Part shown: positions 27,901 through 37,910 of the stretch, piece after piece | Numbering within the stretch: position 1 is the first letter of the stretch | Layout of the letters: each line of letters opens with the position of its first letter | IMG/VR virus record: IMGVR_UViG_3300037483_000246 | Location: 1 to 51,702 of that record | Origin: a virus | Lineage: Duplodnaviria > Caudoviricetes | DNA length: 51,702 nt | Strand: one strand, 5' to 3' | The notes under the pieces: model-generated | What the model was told of the DNA's origin: nothing | Seen by the model: only the letters and a program-made list of their open reading frames with translations | Databases searched by the model: none | Translations under genes and position numbers: made by a program

Positions 27901-30900
27901 ACGCGAGCAGGCAAATGAGCTCGGCATCAAGTACGGCCAGCAGTCTGTGCTCACAAGGGATGGCTTGGTGTACCCCGACGGAACAGTAAACCCGGCCAAG
28001 AGCGTCACGGTGCACGCCAAGGCCCCGAGCGACTTCTACAGCACGATCCCGTCTACCGGCGCGACGTTCGCGGTGGAGATCGACTTCGGGAAGACGCTGC
28101 CCACCTCCGACGAGCGCGTAGGCAGCGTCACCGTCGAGGCAGTGCACTTCTCCCGCGCGCCGCGCAGTTCGTTGTCCGGGCGCATGTACGGCACCGGCAT
28201 CAAAGGCGCGGAAGCTCGCCGCCTGGGCGATCCGAATGCGCACCCGAAGATCAAGCAGCGCGTCTCCTTCTACGTGGACGAGGGCCAGGGTGTACGCCCT
28301 GAACCGGGTGTGGGCGCCTTCCGCCACGGGCTGACGCTGGATAACATCTACGACGGCGCGAAGAACCCGCTCGGGTTTCCCACCGAATCGAACGCCTTCG
28401 AGGCTGCAGTCGTCGAGGCTGGCTTCGATGGCTACTACATCCGCGAAGGCTTCGGCAATCAAGGCGTCGGCGTGCTGCTGGGCGACGCGACGCAGGACGT
28501 GGAGGTGGACATTCCGCCCCGTCCGACCAAGTACGCCCAGGCCCTGAACGAAGTCGCCGAGACGCTGCCCCCCGCCGGCAAGCTGGAACAGCAAGACCTC
28601 GCCGATCTGCGCAAGCTCTGGGCAATGTACGCTGCCAGCGAGACGGCTGCGCAGTACGGCACGGCCCAGGTGAAGGCACAAGCCGACGACGCACCGGGTA
28701 TTCAACGCGCGCTGAGCGATACCCTCGACGCCGTGATGCAGGGCATGGTGGACACCTCGGTGAAGAACATCACCCACTGGCACAAGGGCACGCAGCGTCT
28801 TCCTGCCGGCGGCTTCGCCTATGAGATCGTGAGCGGAAACAGCAGCGCGGCAGTCTACCTCGACATGGCCGACCGTTCGATGCAGATCGATATCACCCGC
28901 TGGGGTGAAGGCCGCGGTGGTTCCGGCGTCTACAAGGCGCTGCTCGATTTCGCGCAAGCGAACGGCTTCGTCTTCTACGGCGACGCGCAGGGCATCTCGG
29001 TGGCCGGCATCAAGCGTCGCTTGGAGAACTTGCTGTCGCACGCCCTGCAGTCGGGCGACACCAGCTACATGCGCTTGCACCCGAAGCAGATCGACTTCAT
29101 CGAGCAGGAGACGGGCCTGAAGGTGAACTGGACTGACGACTCGAAAAATAATGTTGAACAAATGCTAAATGCGTCGTATAATTTAGCCAACCTCGACATA
29201 CCGGAGTTGAAAAATGTCTACTTCGATTTTACGCAACGTGAATTCATCGCCCGAAATACAGGCGCTCCTGCCGATCTTGCAGGACTCGTCGCCAAGGCCC
29301 GACGGAACCCTGACCAGGTACGAAGAGAAGGTGCGCCTGGCTTGGCCTCTGCTAAGCGCACGGTTTTCGCGAACACCCTACTTTCGGCAAAAGGGGAAAC
29401 TCGACGTACCGTTTTTGCTGAGATGGCTCGGCTCTCACTGGAACAACTACCCGGAGCCGAACGCCTCCTTTATCAGTCGGAACCCCCTGGAGAACGTCCA
29501 CCTTTCTATAGCGCCCTGACCCGCGCGTTCGAAGAAACCAAGCTGGCCAAGGCCTCGCCGGATCAATGGCTCGGCACCCTCAAGAGCTTGACGCAGAAAG
29601 GCGTCAAGCCGATGGAGATCGAATACACCGGCCTGCAAGAAAGGCTTGAAGTGCGTAAGGACAAGGCTGACAGCTGGCACGTCTACGAAAATGGCGTCGT
29701 GGTGTCTACGCGTCCCGCCACCGATCCGAAGCCGGAGGGCGCCGACGTGCGCCTGTACCAGCCTTCCAAAGTGGTGACCAAGGAAGAGATCATCGACTTC
29801 TTGAAAGAGAACGCCGTCACGGTGGAGCCGCGTGTCTACGGCGGCGAAGGCGTCGTGACTGAGTTCGACTTCACGTTTGGCCAATGGGAAACTGAAGAAC
29901 CGGACGAGAACTGGCTGCGAGATCAGGCGCAGGATCGCGTGCGCGGAATGGGTGAGGACGAACTGAGCAGCGGGTTGGAAGGCATCGCGGACGAGGACGA
30001 AGATGGCAGCATTGACACCGCCATCGAGGCTGTGAGGGGCTACATAAACGAAAGCGGCCCAGGCCAGAGCGCACAGAAAACGGAAGGTACTAGAGGGTAC
30101 AAGCTGTTTGAAAAACTCGTGGAGGGCGCCTTCGAACAGGAGCGCGAGAATTACTGGGACGATGGCGATTCGCCGCAGAACAGTAGCGTCGAAGTCGAAG
30201 CTGGCGGGCGCACTTTCAACTTCACCTGGACGAACAGTTACCACGAGCACTTCTTGTACGCTCACGAGTCGAACAAGAGCGTTGAAATCTCGGGTCGCAG
30301 CATAGACAGCGCCGACATCGAATCCGCGATCCGTGAATTCCTTGGCACGGAGTACGGCATCTCCGAAGTCGATGACGAAAAAGCGCCGAAGTTCGAAAGC
30401 TACAAGCTCTCTGGCGGCGAGAACTATCGCGAGCGTTTGCTGCTGAACAAGTCGCACAAGGGCGAGACGTTCAGCTATACCAACCACTTCGACGACGACA
30501 ACATCATCGGCCACTCGCGTGTCGATGACCGTGAAGTCCCGGTCGAGGCCATCGAAAAAGAATTCCCCGAACTCGCCGCGCGCATGAAGGCTGAAGGCCG
30601 CACGACAGCGAAGGTGTACTTCATCGAAGAGGTGCAGTCCGACTGGGCACAGCAAGGGCGCGAACGGCCTGAAGCGCAGAAGCATTACGCGATGGAAGAC
30701 CTCGTGTTTAACGAGAAGGCCTCGGCGAGAAACGACGATAGACTTGCGCGGATCAAAGTCAGCGCGATCAGCGACCGCAGTGGGTACACCCACACAAGGG
30801 ATAGGGGGCTGGTGAAGGACCAGGTAGAGTTCTGGCACCTGCACACGGAAGAAGACTTGAGTGCCTACCCCAGCGAGATATACACCACGAAGGAAGCAGC

Positions 30901-33900
30901 AGAGAGAGGTCGCTTTGCGGTGGCGGGTGCCGTGTGGGTTATTGAGGCACCGAATCAAGTCTTCGAGATTTTGCGCGCCCAGCACCCCACAGTCGAAGAG
31001 GCAAAAAGGTATATCGCGGACGTGAAGACCACGATGGTTCCGGGCGAGATGACGGCGTTCGAACTGGCTCGCAAACAGGGGGCCTTGCAGCGCAAGCTGG
31101 ACGCGCTCAGGAAAGAAGCTCGCGCCCTCGCGCAAGGCCCTGAAGATGACGCCACAAACGCTGAGTACCAGAGCGCCCAAGATCGCATCGCGGAGGTGCG
31201 GGGCCAGTTAGAAGAGATCGGCAACAAGGTCGTCACACCTGGCGCCTTCGTAGAATCCACCGATGCATGGGTTGGCCTCGTGGTGAAGGACGCAGTACAC
31301 CAGGCTGCGAAGGGTGGCTTCGACCTGATCTCGTGGACAACTGGCGACCAGCAGACGCAGCGCTGGTCTTACGGCCTGCGCAAGCAGGTCGATCTGATCG
31401 AGTGGACGAAATCCGAAGAGGGGAAGATTCACATCGTCGCGATGCAGCGCGGCGTCACCAAGGCGGACACCAAGTACGGCGAGAACGATCTCTCTGCCGC
31501 TATCGGCAAGACGATGGCGAAGCGCATCATCGAAGACCCGAACCAGAACGGGTTCATCGAAGGAGAGGGCATCACCGTCGCCGACCTCGGCATGACGAAG
31601 TTCTACGGTGACACGGCAGGACTCGATCCCTCTGGCAAGCCCGCGATCCTCACCAAGGTGGCGAATCAGGTGGCGAAGAAGCTGGGCGGCGGGCAGGTGG
31701 TAGCCGCCAAGCTGAACCCTGCCTTCGGCCGCATGTCCGACAGGGAGAAAGGGAGCGCGCTGAATGTGCAACCTACGTTTGAAGTCACGCTTCCCATGCG
31801 TGTCGCCGCGTTACAGGGACAGGTGCTGTTCCAGTCCTTCACGGTTGACGCTGAGCAGGTGAAGAAGCTGCAGGAGAAGCTGGACACATCGAAGGTAGAT
31901 GCAGAAGAGTATTACAAGCGCGGCTATCGCATCGACGATTTCGGGAGCATGGACCGCACCGGCGAGGACCTGTCGGCAAGCGATATGTTCCAGAAGAACC
32001 GCGGTACTTTCAACCCTGACACGCTGACGATCAGCCTGCTGAAGGATGCAGACCTGACCACGTTCTTGCACGAGACGGGGCACTTCTTCCTTGAAATGGA
32101 AGCAGCGCTCGCGAGCGATCCTCGCGCCACGCCGGAGATGCGCGACGACTTCACGAAGGTGCTGAACTGGTTCGGCGTGAAAGACCTGACCGAGTGGAAC
32201 GCGCTCTCCTTCGAGCAGAAGCGCTCGCACCACGAGAAGTTCGCACGCGGCTTCGAGGCGTACCTGTTCGAAGGCAAGGCGCCGTCGAATGATCTGCGCT
32301 CGATCTTTGCATCCTTCAAGACCTGGCTGCTGCACGTCTACCGCAGCATCACGAACCTGAATGTCGAACTCACCGACGAAGTGCGTGGGGTGTTCGACCG
32401 CATGCTCGCATCGGAAGAAGCCATCGCGACTGTGCAGCGTCGCACGGGCCTGACTGACGCGATGATCGAGGCGGCGAACTCGAAGGACAAGGCCGCCTAT
32501 CTCGCGCTCAATCTTGCGGCGGGGGATAACGCCGGCGACGACTTGCAGCGTCGTTCGCTGCGCGACATGAAGTGGCTGTCGAACGCCAAGTCGCAAGAGT
32601 TGAAGAAGCTGCAGCGCGAAGCGGCCAGCAAGCGCAAGGAAGTTCGCGCCGAAGTGACCGCCGAGGTGAACGCAGAGCCAATCAACCAGGCACGCGCGTT
32701 CCTGCGCAAGGGCACGACCACCGGCCCCGATGGCGAGAGCATCCAAGCCACCGAAGGGTTCCGCCTGAACCACGCTATCGTCGCGGAGATGTACCCCGAG
32801 ACGATGCTGGCCCGCCCTGATCTGTCGAAGCTCCGCGGCATGACAGAAGCCGATGGTCTGCATCCCGATCTGGTTGCGGATATGTTCGGCTTCCGCTCTG
32901 GCGACGCGCTGATCCGCGAGCTGATCGACGGGGAGAACCCCCGCGACAAGATCAACGGCATGACCGATCAGCGCATGATGGAGCGCTACGGCGACCTGAA
33001 CGACGAACGGGCCATCGAGAACGCGGCCAACTCCGCCGTGCACAACGAGGCGCGCGCACGCTTCATGGCCACCGGGCTGAAGATGCTGTCGGACTCCAAG
33101 CTGCCCGCCTCGCAGATTCAGAAAGCTGCCACGGATGCCGCCAACCAAGCCATCGCTGCGAAGAAGGTGCGCGATCTGCACCCGGCCAAGCACATCGCCG
33201 CCGAGACGAAAGCGAACAAGGACGTGCTGAAGAACGCAGCCAAGGACGTGAAAGCGGCGCAGCGCGCACAGCGCTCGGCCCTGCTGAACAATCGGCTGGC
33301 GAAGGCTTCGCAGGATGCCCAGGAAGAAGTGCGCAAGGGTGTGGACCGCATGACGCGCACGCAGAAGGCTGCCGCTCAGAAGAACATGCGCGGCGAGTAC
33401 CTGATCCAGTTGAACGAGTTGCTGGCTCGTTTCGATCTGCGCAAGAGCACGACCCTCAAGGAGATCGACGCGAAGCGCACGCCGTTGGCTGAGTGGCTGG
33501 CAGCCGAGTCGGAGCGCATGTCTGCGGTGATGCCAGACATCCCGGCTTGGATTCTGAACGAAGCGAACCGCACCTCCTACAAGGACCTGACCGTCGAGGA
33601 GTTCCGCGGGGTGGTGGATACCGTCAAGCAGCTGGAGATGATGGCCCGCCGTGAGGAGACGCAGTACCAGGCCATCCGCGGCATGAAGTTCGCCGAGGAG
33701 CGCAAGGCCCTGCTGGATCGCATCCGCGAGTTCCACCCTGAAGCCTTCGATCTGAATGGTGAACCCCTCGGCATGGCGCCGAAGTTCGTCAAGCATCTCG
33801 GCGACAAGGTGGAGGAGCTTGGCGAGAAGTTCGCCGGTGAGTTCCTGAACGCGGAGACGCTGGTGAACCTGCTTGAAGGCGGCGAGTTCGGCATCGCTCA

Positions 33901-35761
33901 CGAGTCGCTGCTGGGCCGCATGAGCAAGCGCGCGGACTGGAAGGCCACCCGCCTCGAAGGCATCTACAACAAGATGGCCCCGCTGTTCGGGCAGTACAGC
34001 GTGAAGGAGCGCTACGACTTCGCACGCAAGGACATCGGCGCCCCCATCGGCATGAGCCTCACCCGCGAGAACGCGCTGGTCGTCGCACTGCTGCACGGCA
34101 ATACCGAAGGCCGTGAGCGCTTGGCCAACTATGGCTGGAGCGAGAAGAAGCAGGAGGAGATAATCAACTTGCTGGACGACCGCGACATGGCCCTCGCGCA
34201 AGGTATCTGGGACTTGTTCGACAACGATCTCTGGCCCGAACTGAAAGACCTGAATGACCGCACCCGCGGCAAGGCCCCGCCCAAAGTCGTCGCGATCCAG
34301 GTCTTCCACAGGGGCGGCACCTACCGTGGTGGCTACTTCCGCCTGAAGTACGACACGAACCTGGACGAGCGCGCGTACCGCATGGACGAAGGCGCCGCCG
34401 TGAAGGAACTCCTCGGGGGCGGACTGGGCATGTCGGCGAAGACCGGCCAAGGCGCCAGCACGGAGCGCAAGCAGAACGTCACCATGCGCCCCCGGCTTGA
34501 TCTCGGTGTGTTCGCCGAAGCCGTGTCCGAGACGGTGCACGACATCGCCTACCGTGAAGCAGTGGCGGACACGATGCGCATGCTGAACGACACCCGCGTG
34601 CAGAACACGATCAAAACCGCTGCCGGCGTGCCAGCGTACCGTGCCCTCGTCACCCGCGTGCGCGAGATCGCAGCGCCTCCCCGCAACCCTTCCGGCTTCG
34701 TCGAGAAGACGCTCAGCATCGCGCGCAAGAACACGATTGTCACCCTAATGTCCGGGGTGAACACCGCGTTGCAGAACTTCACCGGCTTTGTTTCAGCCAC
34801 TGCGCGGGTGAATCCCGGTAGGCTGGCGAAAGAGATCGCGCTGTTTTACAGCACGAAGATGACCGAGCGGGTGAACTTTGCTATGGAGCATTCGGAGTAC
34901 ATGCGCCATCGGCACAACGCCTTCGAGCGCGATCTACAAAACGAGATCAAGAAGATGACTGTGAACGCAAGCATCATGCCTGACACCGGCGCATGGCTGA
35001 CACTCATGGCCCTTGTAGATAAGGGCACCAGCGTTCCCGTCTGGAATGCGGCATTCCACGAAGGAATGGTAAAGTACGAAAACGATAATGGTAAAGCCGC
35101 AGACTATGCCGACCATGTTGTGCGCCAGTCGCAAGGTTCTGGCCGTGAACTGGACGTGGCCCAGATCATGTCGGGCCACGGGGGCTATGGCCAGCTGAAG
35201 CGCGTCTTCACCATGTTCTACAGCTACTTCAACGCGCAGCTTGGCATGCTGGTGCGCAGCGGTGTTATAAACGCACACGCCTCCAAGAAGAACCCCGCGA
35301 TGGCGGTGGCTCGTTTCACGAAGGACTTCATGGTGATCGTGATCCTGCCGGCAGTGCTGACGGCTATGATCTTCAAGAAGGACGACCCGGATGAAGACCC
35401 GGAGAAGTGGCTGCACAAGTATAGCCACGCCATCGCGATGTACGGCTTGGCCATGATCCCTCTGGTGCGCGATGTCGGCAGCTTCGCATGGGCATCTTTC
35501 GACCACGATGTCAAGAACTACGGGTACAAGATCACCCCGGTGCAGTCAGCTGGCGAGGGGGTTGTCAAGGGTGCCGTAGCCGCGCGAGACATCGCCGTAG
35601 GGGAAGGCGACGACAGGGACCTGAAGAACCTCATAATGGGCACAAGTTTCGCTGTAGGCCTACCCGGCAAGTTGATCTCGGACATCACCCTTGGGACGAA
35701 GGCTTTCTTGGAGGGTGAAGCCGGCCCCGAGGCAATCCTGTTTGGCCCCCCGAAAAAGTGA
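24932..35761 (+). CDS. giant internal virion / ejection polyvalent protein (3609 aa)
   Basis: Single open frame; HDFFGH..GEENAW..ETRGQNSW domain, DUF3293-like TAENP domain, ART-like HFS...GFDGY domain, GNAT-like domain, FYS...EEVQSDW domain, HETGH..HEKFA zincin, helical C-terminal core. Confidence 0.9.
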   Translation: MADDALDAALIQFKQEQDDRTTLGATASIHQAITQNPDEMARYNAISRKTGFDPLLIATDPAVKVEAERRAKMQDIDLPGLVQTHPKTASALTDANLAALVSDDVGTLQNLENAFSRGLKGTLRGGDAGAIQESAEILNTISRIQSGELNDYGKISGASRYASLFAGVGGTPEAVEQKRIATERRLAENAVEFAQRTAGMKSTGASAEYERFSAEKGLGAFSALFDAPFKITGEVIAESMGAMLPAIPTIVGSGVGGGVRGLATATGLTSAGIEYANSLSGILTDMGVNLSDARAVREAMATPKFIEANRQAMVKAGVIGAFDAATAGVAGKMLRPTMLGNIAAQTVVQAAGGAAGEAVGSVASGQEVSLSAVLAEAIGEAPGGVVDVGLLAFNKARVKEQARPSEEIIRAEEAHAALTEISQTATSAKLRERDPAQFKAFMQSMVEDSDLKEVFVDGTVLRDALAQAPIEVQQKFAQDMPEVVRQIGEAAGTDGLVRVPVEDYATHVAGTELDATILPNLKTEVDGLTYSQAQEQVKGQTEQMKAEADQLLAEKEKDTEFQADAQQVYDALYSRIEGAKRFTPDANKKYAALQQAYFITRAHKMGIKPSELLARFDIRVTAERTPGAELEQGVTLLEGLPQPKMTLKTGAYTPKPYAPAHKAAREYANKAGIEYAPPRKYAKVNEARAAKIAAEYEKMPHAPNDPEVAKAYAQLIKEAVQQWDAMLSTGLKVEFIPEGAPDFYAENPHGFIDDIARNNHLWVFSTRAGFGTGQDFTPKDHPLLAETDIEISGQKALANDIFRAVHDFFGHAKDGVGFRAAGEENAWRAHAAMFSPLARRALTTETRGQNSWLNYGPFGEANRKAKAGETHFADQKAGLLPEWVSEEGREDVAPVPTPASSDYGFRRRAKARVATLDDFKPNKVKNLLAKTDWAILTAENPNAQQLSVEENAQRNADLRADLEAMGAKFVEVEGKYGGNVENSVAITGITREQANELGIKYGQQSVLTRDGLVYPDGTVNPAKSVTVHAKAPSDFYSTIPSTGATFAVEIDFGKTLPTSDERVGSVTVEAVHFSRAPRSSLSGRMYGTGIKGAEARRLGDPNAHPKIKQRVSFYVDEGQGVRPEPGVGAFRHGLTLDNIYDGAKNPLGFPTESNAFEAAVVEAGFDGYYIREGFGNQGVGVLLGDATQDVEVDIPPRPTKYAQALNEVAETLPPAGKLEQQDLADLRKLWAMYAASETAAQYGTAQVKAQADDAPGIQRALSDTLDAVMQGMVDTSVKNITHWHKGTQRLPAGGFAYEIVSGNSSAAVYLDMADRSMQIDITRWGEGRGGSGVYKALLDFAQANGFVFYGDAQGISVAGIKRRLENLLSHALQSGDTSYMRLHPKQIDFIEQETGLKVNWTDDSKNNVEQMLNASYNLANLDIPELKNVYFDFTQREFIARNTGAPADLAGLVAKARRNPDQVRREGAPGLASAKRTVFANTLLSAKGETRRTVFAEMARLSLEQLPGAERLLYQSEPPGERPPFYSALTRAFEETKLAKASPDQWLGTLKSLTQKGVKPMEIEYTGLQERLEVRKDKADSWHVYENGVVVSTRPATDPKPEGADVRLYQPSKVVTKEEIIDFLKENAVTVEPRVYGGEGVVTEFDFTFGQWETEEPDENWLRDQAQDRVRGMGEDELSSGLEGIADEDEDGSIDTAIEAVRGYINESGPGQSAQKTEGTRGYKLFEKLVEGAFEQERENYWDDGDSPQNSSVEVEAGGRTFNFTWTNSYHEHFLYAHESNKSVEISGRSIDSADIESAIREFLGTEYGISEVDDEKAPKFESYKLSGGENYRERLLLNKSHKGETFSYTNHFDDDNIIGHSRVDDREVPVEAIEKEFPELAARMKAEGRTTAKVYFIEEVQSDWAQQGRERPEAQKHYAMEDLVFNEKASARNDDRLARIKVSAISDRSGYTHTRDRGLVKDQVEFWHLHTEEDLSAYPSEIYTTKEAAERGRFAVAGAVWVIEAPNQVFEILRAQHPTVEEAKRYIADVKTTMVPGEMTAFELARKQGALQRKLDALRKEARALAQGPEDDATNAEYQSAQDRIAEVRGQLEEIGNKVVTPGAFVESTDAWVGLVVKDAVHQAAKGGFDLISWTTGDQQTQRWSYGLRKQVDLIEWTKSEEGKIHIVAMQRGVTKADTKYGENDLSAAIGKTMAKRIIEDPNQNGFIEGEGITVADLGMTKFYGDTAGLDPSGKPAILTKVANQVAKKLGGGQVVAAKLNPAFGRMSDREKGSALNVQPTFEVTLPMRVAALQGQVLFQSFTVDAEQVKKLQEKLDTSKVDAEEYYKRGYRIDDFGSMDRTGEDLSASDMFQKNRGTFNPDTLTISLLKDADLTTFLHETGHFFLEMEAALASDPRATPEMRDDFTKVLNWFGVKDLTEWNALSFEQKRSHHEKFARGFEAYLFEGKAPSNDLRSIFASFKTWLLHVYRSITNLNVELTDEVRGVFDRMLASEEAIATVQRRTGLTDAMIEAANSKDKAAYLALNLAAGDNAGDDLQRRSLRDMKWLSNAKSQELKKLQREAASKRKEVRAEVTAEVNAEPINQARAFLRKGTTTGPDGESIQATEGFRLNHAIVAEMYPETMLARPDLSKLRGMTEADGLHPDLVADMFGFRSGDALIRELIDGENPRDKINGMTDQRMMERYGDLNDERAIENAANSAVHNEARARFMATGLKMLSDSKLPASQIQKAATDAANQAIAAKKVRDLHPAKHIAAETKANKDVLKNAAKDVKAAQRAQRSALLNNRLAKASQDAQEEVRKGVDRMTRTQKAAAQKNMRGEYLIQLNELLARFDLRKSTTLKEIDAKRTPLAEWLAAESERMSAVMPDIPAWILNEANRTSYKDLTVEEFRGVVDTVKQLEMMARREETQYQAIRGMKFAEERKALLDRIREFHPEAFDLNGEPLGMAPKFVKHLGDKVEELGEKFAGEFLNAETLVNLLEGGEFGIAHESLLGRMSKRADWKATRLEGIYNKMAPLFGQYSVKERYDFARKDIGAPIGMSLTRENALVVALLHGNTEGRERLANYGWSEKKQEEIINLLDDRDMALAQGIWDLFDNDLWPELKDLNDRTRGKAPPKVVAIQVFHRGGTYRGGYFRLKYDTNLDERAYRMDEGAAVKELLGGGLGMSAKTGQGASTERKQNVTMRPRLDLGVFAEAVSETVHDIAYREAVADTMRMLNDTRVQNTIKTAAGVPAYRALVTRVREIAAPPRNPSGFVEKTLSIARKNTIVTLMSGVNTALQNFTGFVSATARVNPGRLAKEIALFYSTKMTERVNFAMEHSEYMRHRHNAFERDLQNEIKKMTVNASIMPDTGAWLTLMALVDKGTSVPVWNAAFHEGMVKYENDNGKAADYADHVVRQSQGSGRELDVAQIMSGHGGYGQLKRVFTMFYSYFNAQLGMLVRSGVINAHASKKNPAMAVARFTKDFMVIVILPAVLTAMIFKKDDPDEDPEKWLHKYSHAIAMYGLAMIPLVRDVGSFAWASFDHDVKNYGYKITPVQSAGEGVVKGAVAARDIAVGEGDDRDLKNLIMGTSFAVGLPGKLISDITLGTKAFLEGEAGPEAILFGPPKK

Positions 35762-35790
35762 TTGCGAAGGCCGCTAGGGTCCGATAGTAT
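35762..35790 (+). promoter_or_regulatory. sigma70-type promoter for tailspike/lysis genes
   Basis: TTGCGA-17nt-TAGTAT. Confidence 0.55.
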
Positions 35791-35811
35791 TGGCAGAAAA
35801 GGAGAAGCACC

Positions 35812-37902
35812 ATGGCAGAAACGAGCAGGACAAATGGATTGATCGGCACCTTGGGCATCAAGGCGCCATGCCGCGCTGCGACGGTAGCCAACATCACCTT
35901 GACAGGCGCCCAGACGGTAGACGGGGTGGTACTAGCCGCAGGGGATCGGGTTCTGGTCAAAGACCAAACCGATGCAACCCTGAATGGAATCTACTACGTC
36001 GAGACGGGGGCTTGGACTCGAGCACCTGATTTCGACGGCGCTCAGGACGTGCTGAAGGGCACCACAGTCAACGTGAACGAGGGCACGGTCAACGCCGTTA
36101 CACAGTGGCGCGTGACTTCCGCCGATCCAGTGATTCCGGATACGAGCGCCATCACCTTCAGCCTATCGGCTACCGCTTTCGGCGCCGACATCGCGGGGTT
36201 AATCCATGCCGCCACTGAGAAGACCCGGCCAGTAGGGGCCGACGAGGGTGGCTTCTGGGACTCCGTTTCGAACAGCTTGCGCCGCATGACGGTAGCGAGC
36301 ATGCGGTCTACCACTTACGCCTTCGATGGCTTCACCGAGGCGCAGCAAAACGACGTATTGGCGGGCACTGAGGCTCTGGATGTCCGTGCAGCCCTTCAAG
36401 CGCAGATTGACACCTTGGACGCCGTAGGTGGTGGCGTTCTCGATCTTCCGCGGGGGGTCTATAGCATCGGGGCCGCACTGGTTCTGCCGCCGAAGGTATT
36501 CCTGCGCGGTGCCGGATCGGCGGTCACAAAGATCAGGCTCCGGGCGGCGTCGAACAGTAACATTCTGCAGACCAAAGACTTCGCCACCCTCACGGGTTCG
36601 AACAAGTGGCTGGTGTCGGAAGGGGTGCCTACACACTTCGGCTTCGACGGCATCACCTTCGACGGCAACCGGGCGAACCAGACCGTCGCGGGTGGAGTTG
36701 CCCTTTACGGGAAGAACTACTACGTGGGCTTCGACGTGAAAGTGATCGAACCCAAAGGCATCGGCTTCTATTCCGAGTGCGCCTACAAGGGTGGGCAGAC
36801 CGTCGAACAAGACATGCCAGAAGGGCACATAGGGAAGGTGCAAGTATACAAGAGTGGCCGGGAAGGATTCGTCTATCGCGGGCCGCACGATCAGCCGATC
36901 CACGACATATCCGTGTCTCAAGCAGGGCAGGACGGTATTTATGACGGCGTGGCGTTCGAAGGTCAGGTCAACCTCTACAACGGGGCGACGTACGTCACGG
37001 GATCAGTTCACGCTTACGCCTGCACCCGCAGGGGCATCACGCTGCGTACGCACGTGCTGGCCAACCAGTTGACCGGCGAAAACTGCGACCAGGATGGCGT
37101 GGTGTTTGAAGCGACGGGCGAAACAGCAGGGATGATCGGGGGCACTTTTGCGAACGTCGATCTGGTGGAAGCATATGGGAACGATAACAACGACACCGGA
37201 TTGTATTGGGGTGTACGCATCTCAGGGGGGAGCAATACCCTCAGTTCTATCCGTGTTTCGTCCAGTGGACAAGCCGCGGGGGGTGTGTTTGCTGAAGGAA
37301 ATTTTACCACCATTAGCGGTGGCACCATAACGGGATCGAATGCTATTGCCGACGGTACGGGGTTGAAAATATCCAGCAATTATCACCGGATTAGCGCAGT
37401 CATTCAGAGCTTCGACAGCGGTGCTGCAGTTGGCTTGCGCACAGAGTCCTGCGCTTACAGCAACATCAACGTGGTGCTGTACAACTGTTCAGCAACGGGC
37501 TGGCTAAACAGCGGGACCTCCAGCAACAATATGTACTCGGTGCGTGGGTTTTCCTCCGCAGGAACCCCGTTTAGCCAGACGGGAACCTTCGCTGCGACGG
37601 ACAACTTCGACGTGGACCTTAATTACGGCGGCACTTCTTACCTATCGAAGTACAACGACAGTGTGCAGCGAGGGATTATTCAACCAAATGCCGCGGTTAC
37701 CGTAACGCACAACGGTTTCAAAACCCCAACGTCGGGGGACATCACCATCACACCGGATGAGAAGTGGGCAGTGCTTTCGTCCGGCGCGGCGCGTAACTGG
37801 TGGATAAGCAACATCACAGCAACGACGTTTGACGTAAACGTCTCTACCGCCGTTGAGGTAGCCGAAACGTCCCTGCTGTTTCACTGGAAGTTGGACATGT
37901 AG
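35812..37902 (+). CDS. tailspike / tail fibre with pectate-lyase-like beta-helix (putative depolymerase)
   Basis: N-terminal ATVANITLTG.QTVDGV....GDRVLVKDQ...NGIY; ALQAQID...GGGVLDLPRGVY...LRGAG; ITFDGN beta-helix motifs. Confidence 0.88.
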   Translation: MAETSRTNGLIGTLGIKAPCRAATVANITLTGAQTVDGVVLAAGDRVLVKDQTDATLNGIYYVETGAWTRAPDFDGAQDVLKGTTVNVNEGTVNAVTQWRVTSADPVIPDTSAITFSLSATAFGADIAGLIHAATEKTRPVGADEGGFWDSVSNSLRRMTVASMRSTTYAFDGFTEAQQNDVLAGTEALDVRAALQAQIDTLDAVGGGVLDLPRGVYSIGAALVLPPKVFLRGAGSAVTKIRLRAASNSNILQTKDFATLTGSNKWLVSEGVPTHFGFDGITFDGNRANQTVAGGVALYGKNYYVGFDVKVIEPKGIGFYSECAYKGGQTVEQDMPEGHIGKVQVYKSGREGFVYRGPHDQPIHDISVSQAGQDGIYDGVAFEGQVNLYNGATYVTGSVHAYACTRRGITLRTHVLANQLTGENCDQDGVVFEATGETAGMIGGTFANVDLVEAYGNDNNDTGLYWGVRISGGSNTLSSIRVSSSGQAAGGVFAEGNFTTISGGTITGSNAIADGTGLKISSNYHRISAVIQSFDSGAAVGLRTESCAYSNINVVLYNCSATGWLNSGTSSNNMYSVRGFSSAGTPFSQTGTFAATDNFDVDLNYGGTSYLSKYNDSVQRGIIQPNAAVTVTHNGFKTPTSGDITITPDEKWAVLSSGAARNWWISNITATTFDVNVSTAVEVAETSLLFHWKLDM

Positions 37903-37910
37903 GAGGGGCC

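Noticed and set aside
14802-34540. Long antisense or alternate-frame ORFs (e.g. 14802-16844, 16274-17830, 27074-29161, 31811-34540)
   Set aside because: Shadow frames of GC-rich genes with strong codon bias; no RBS or recognisable motifs
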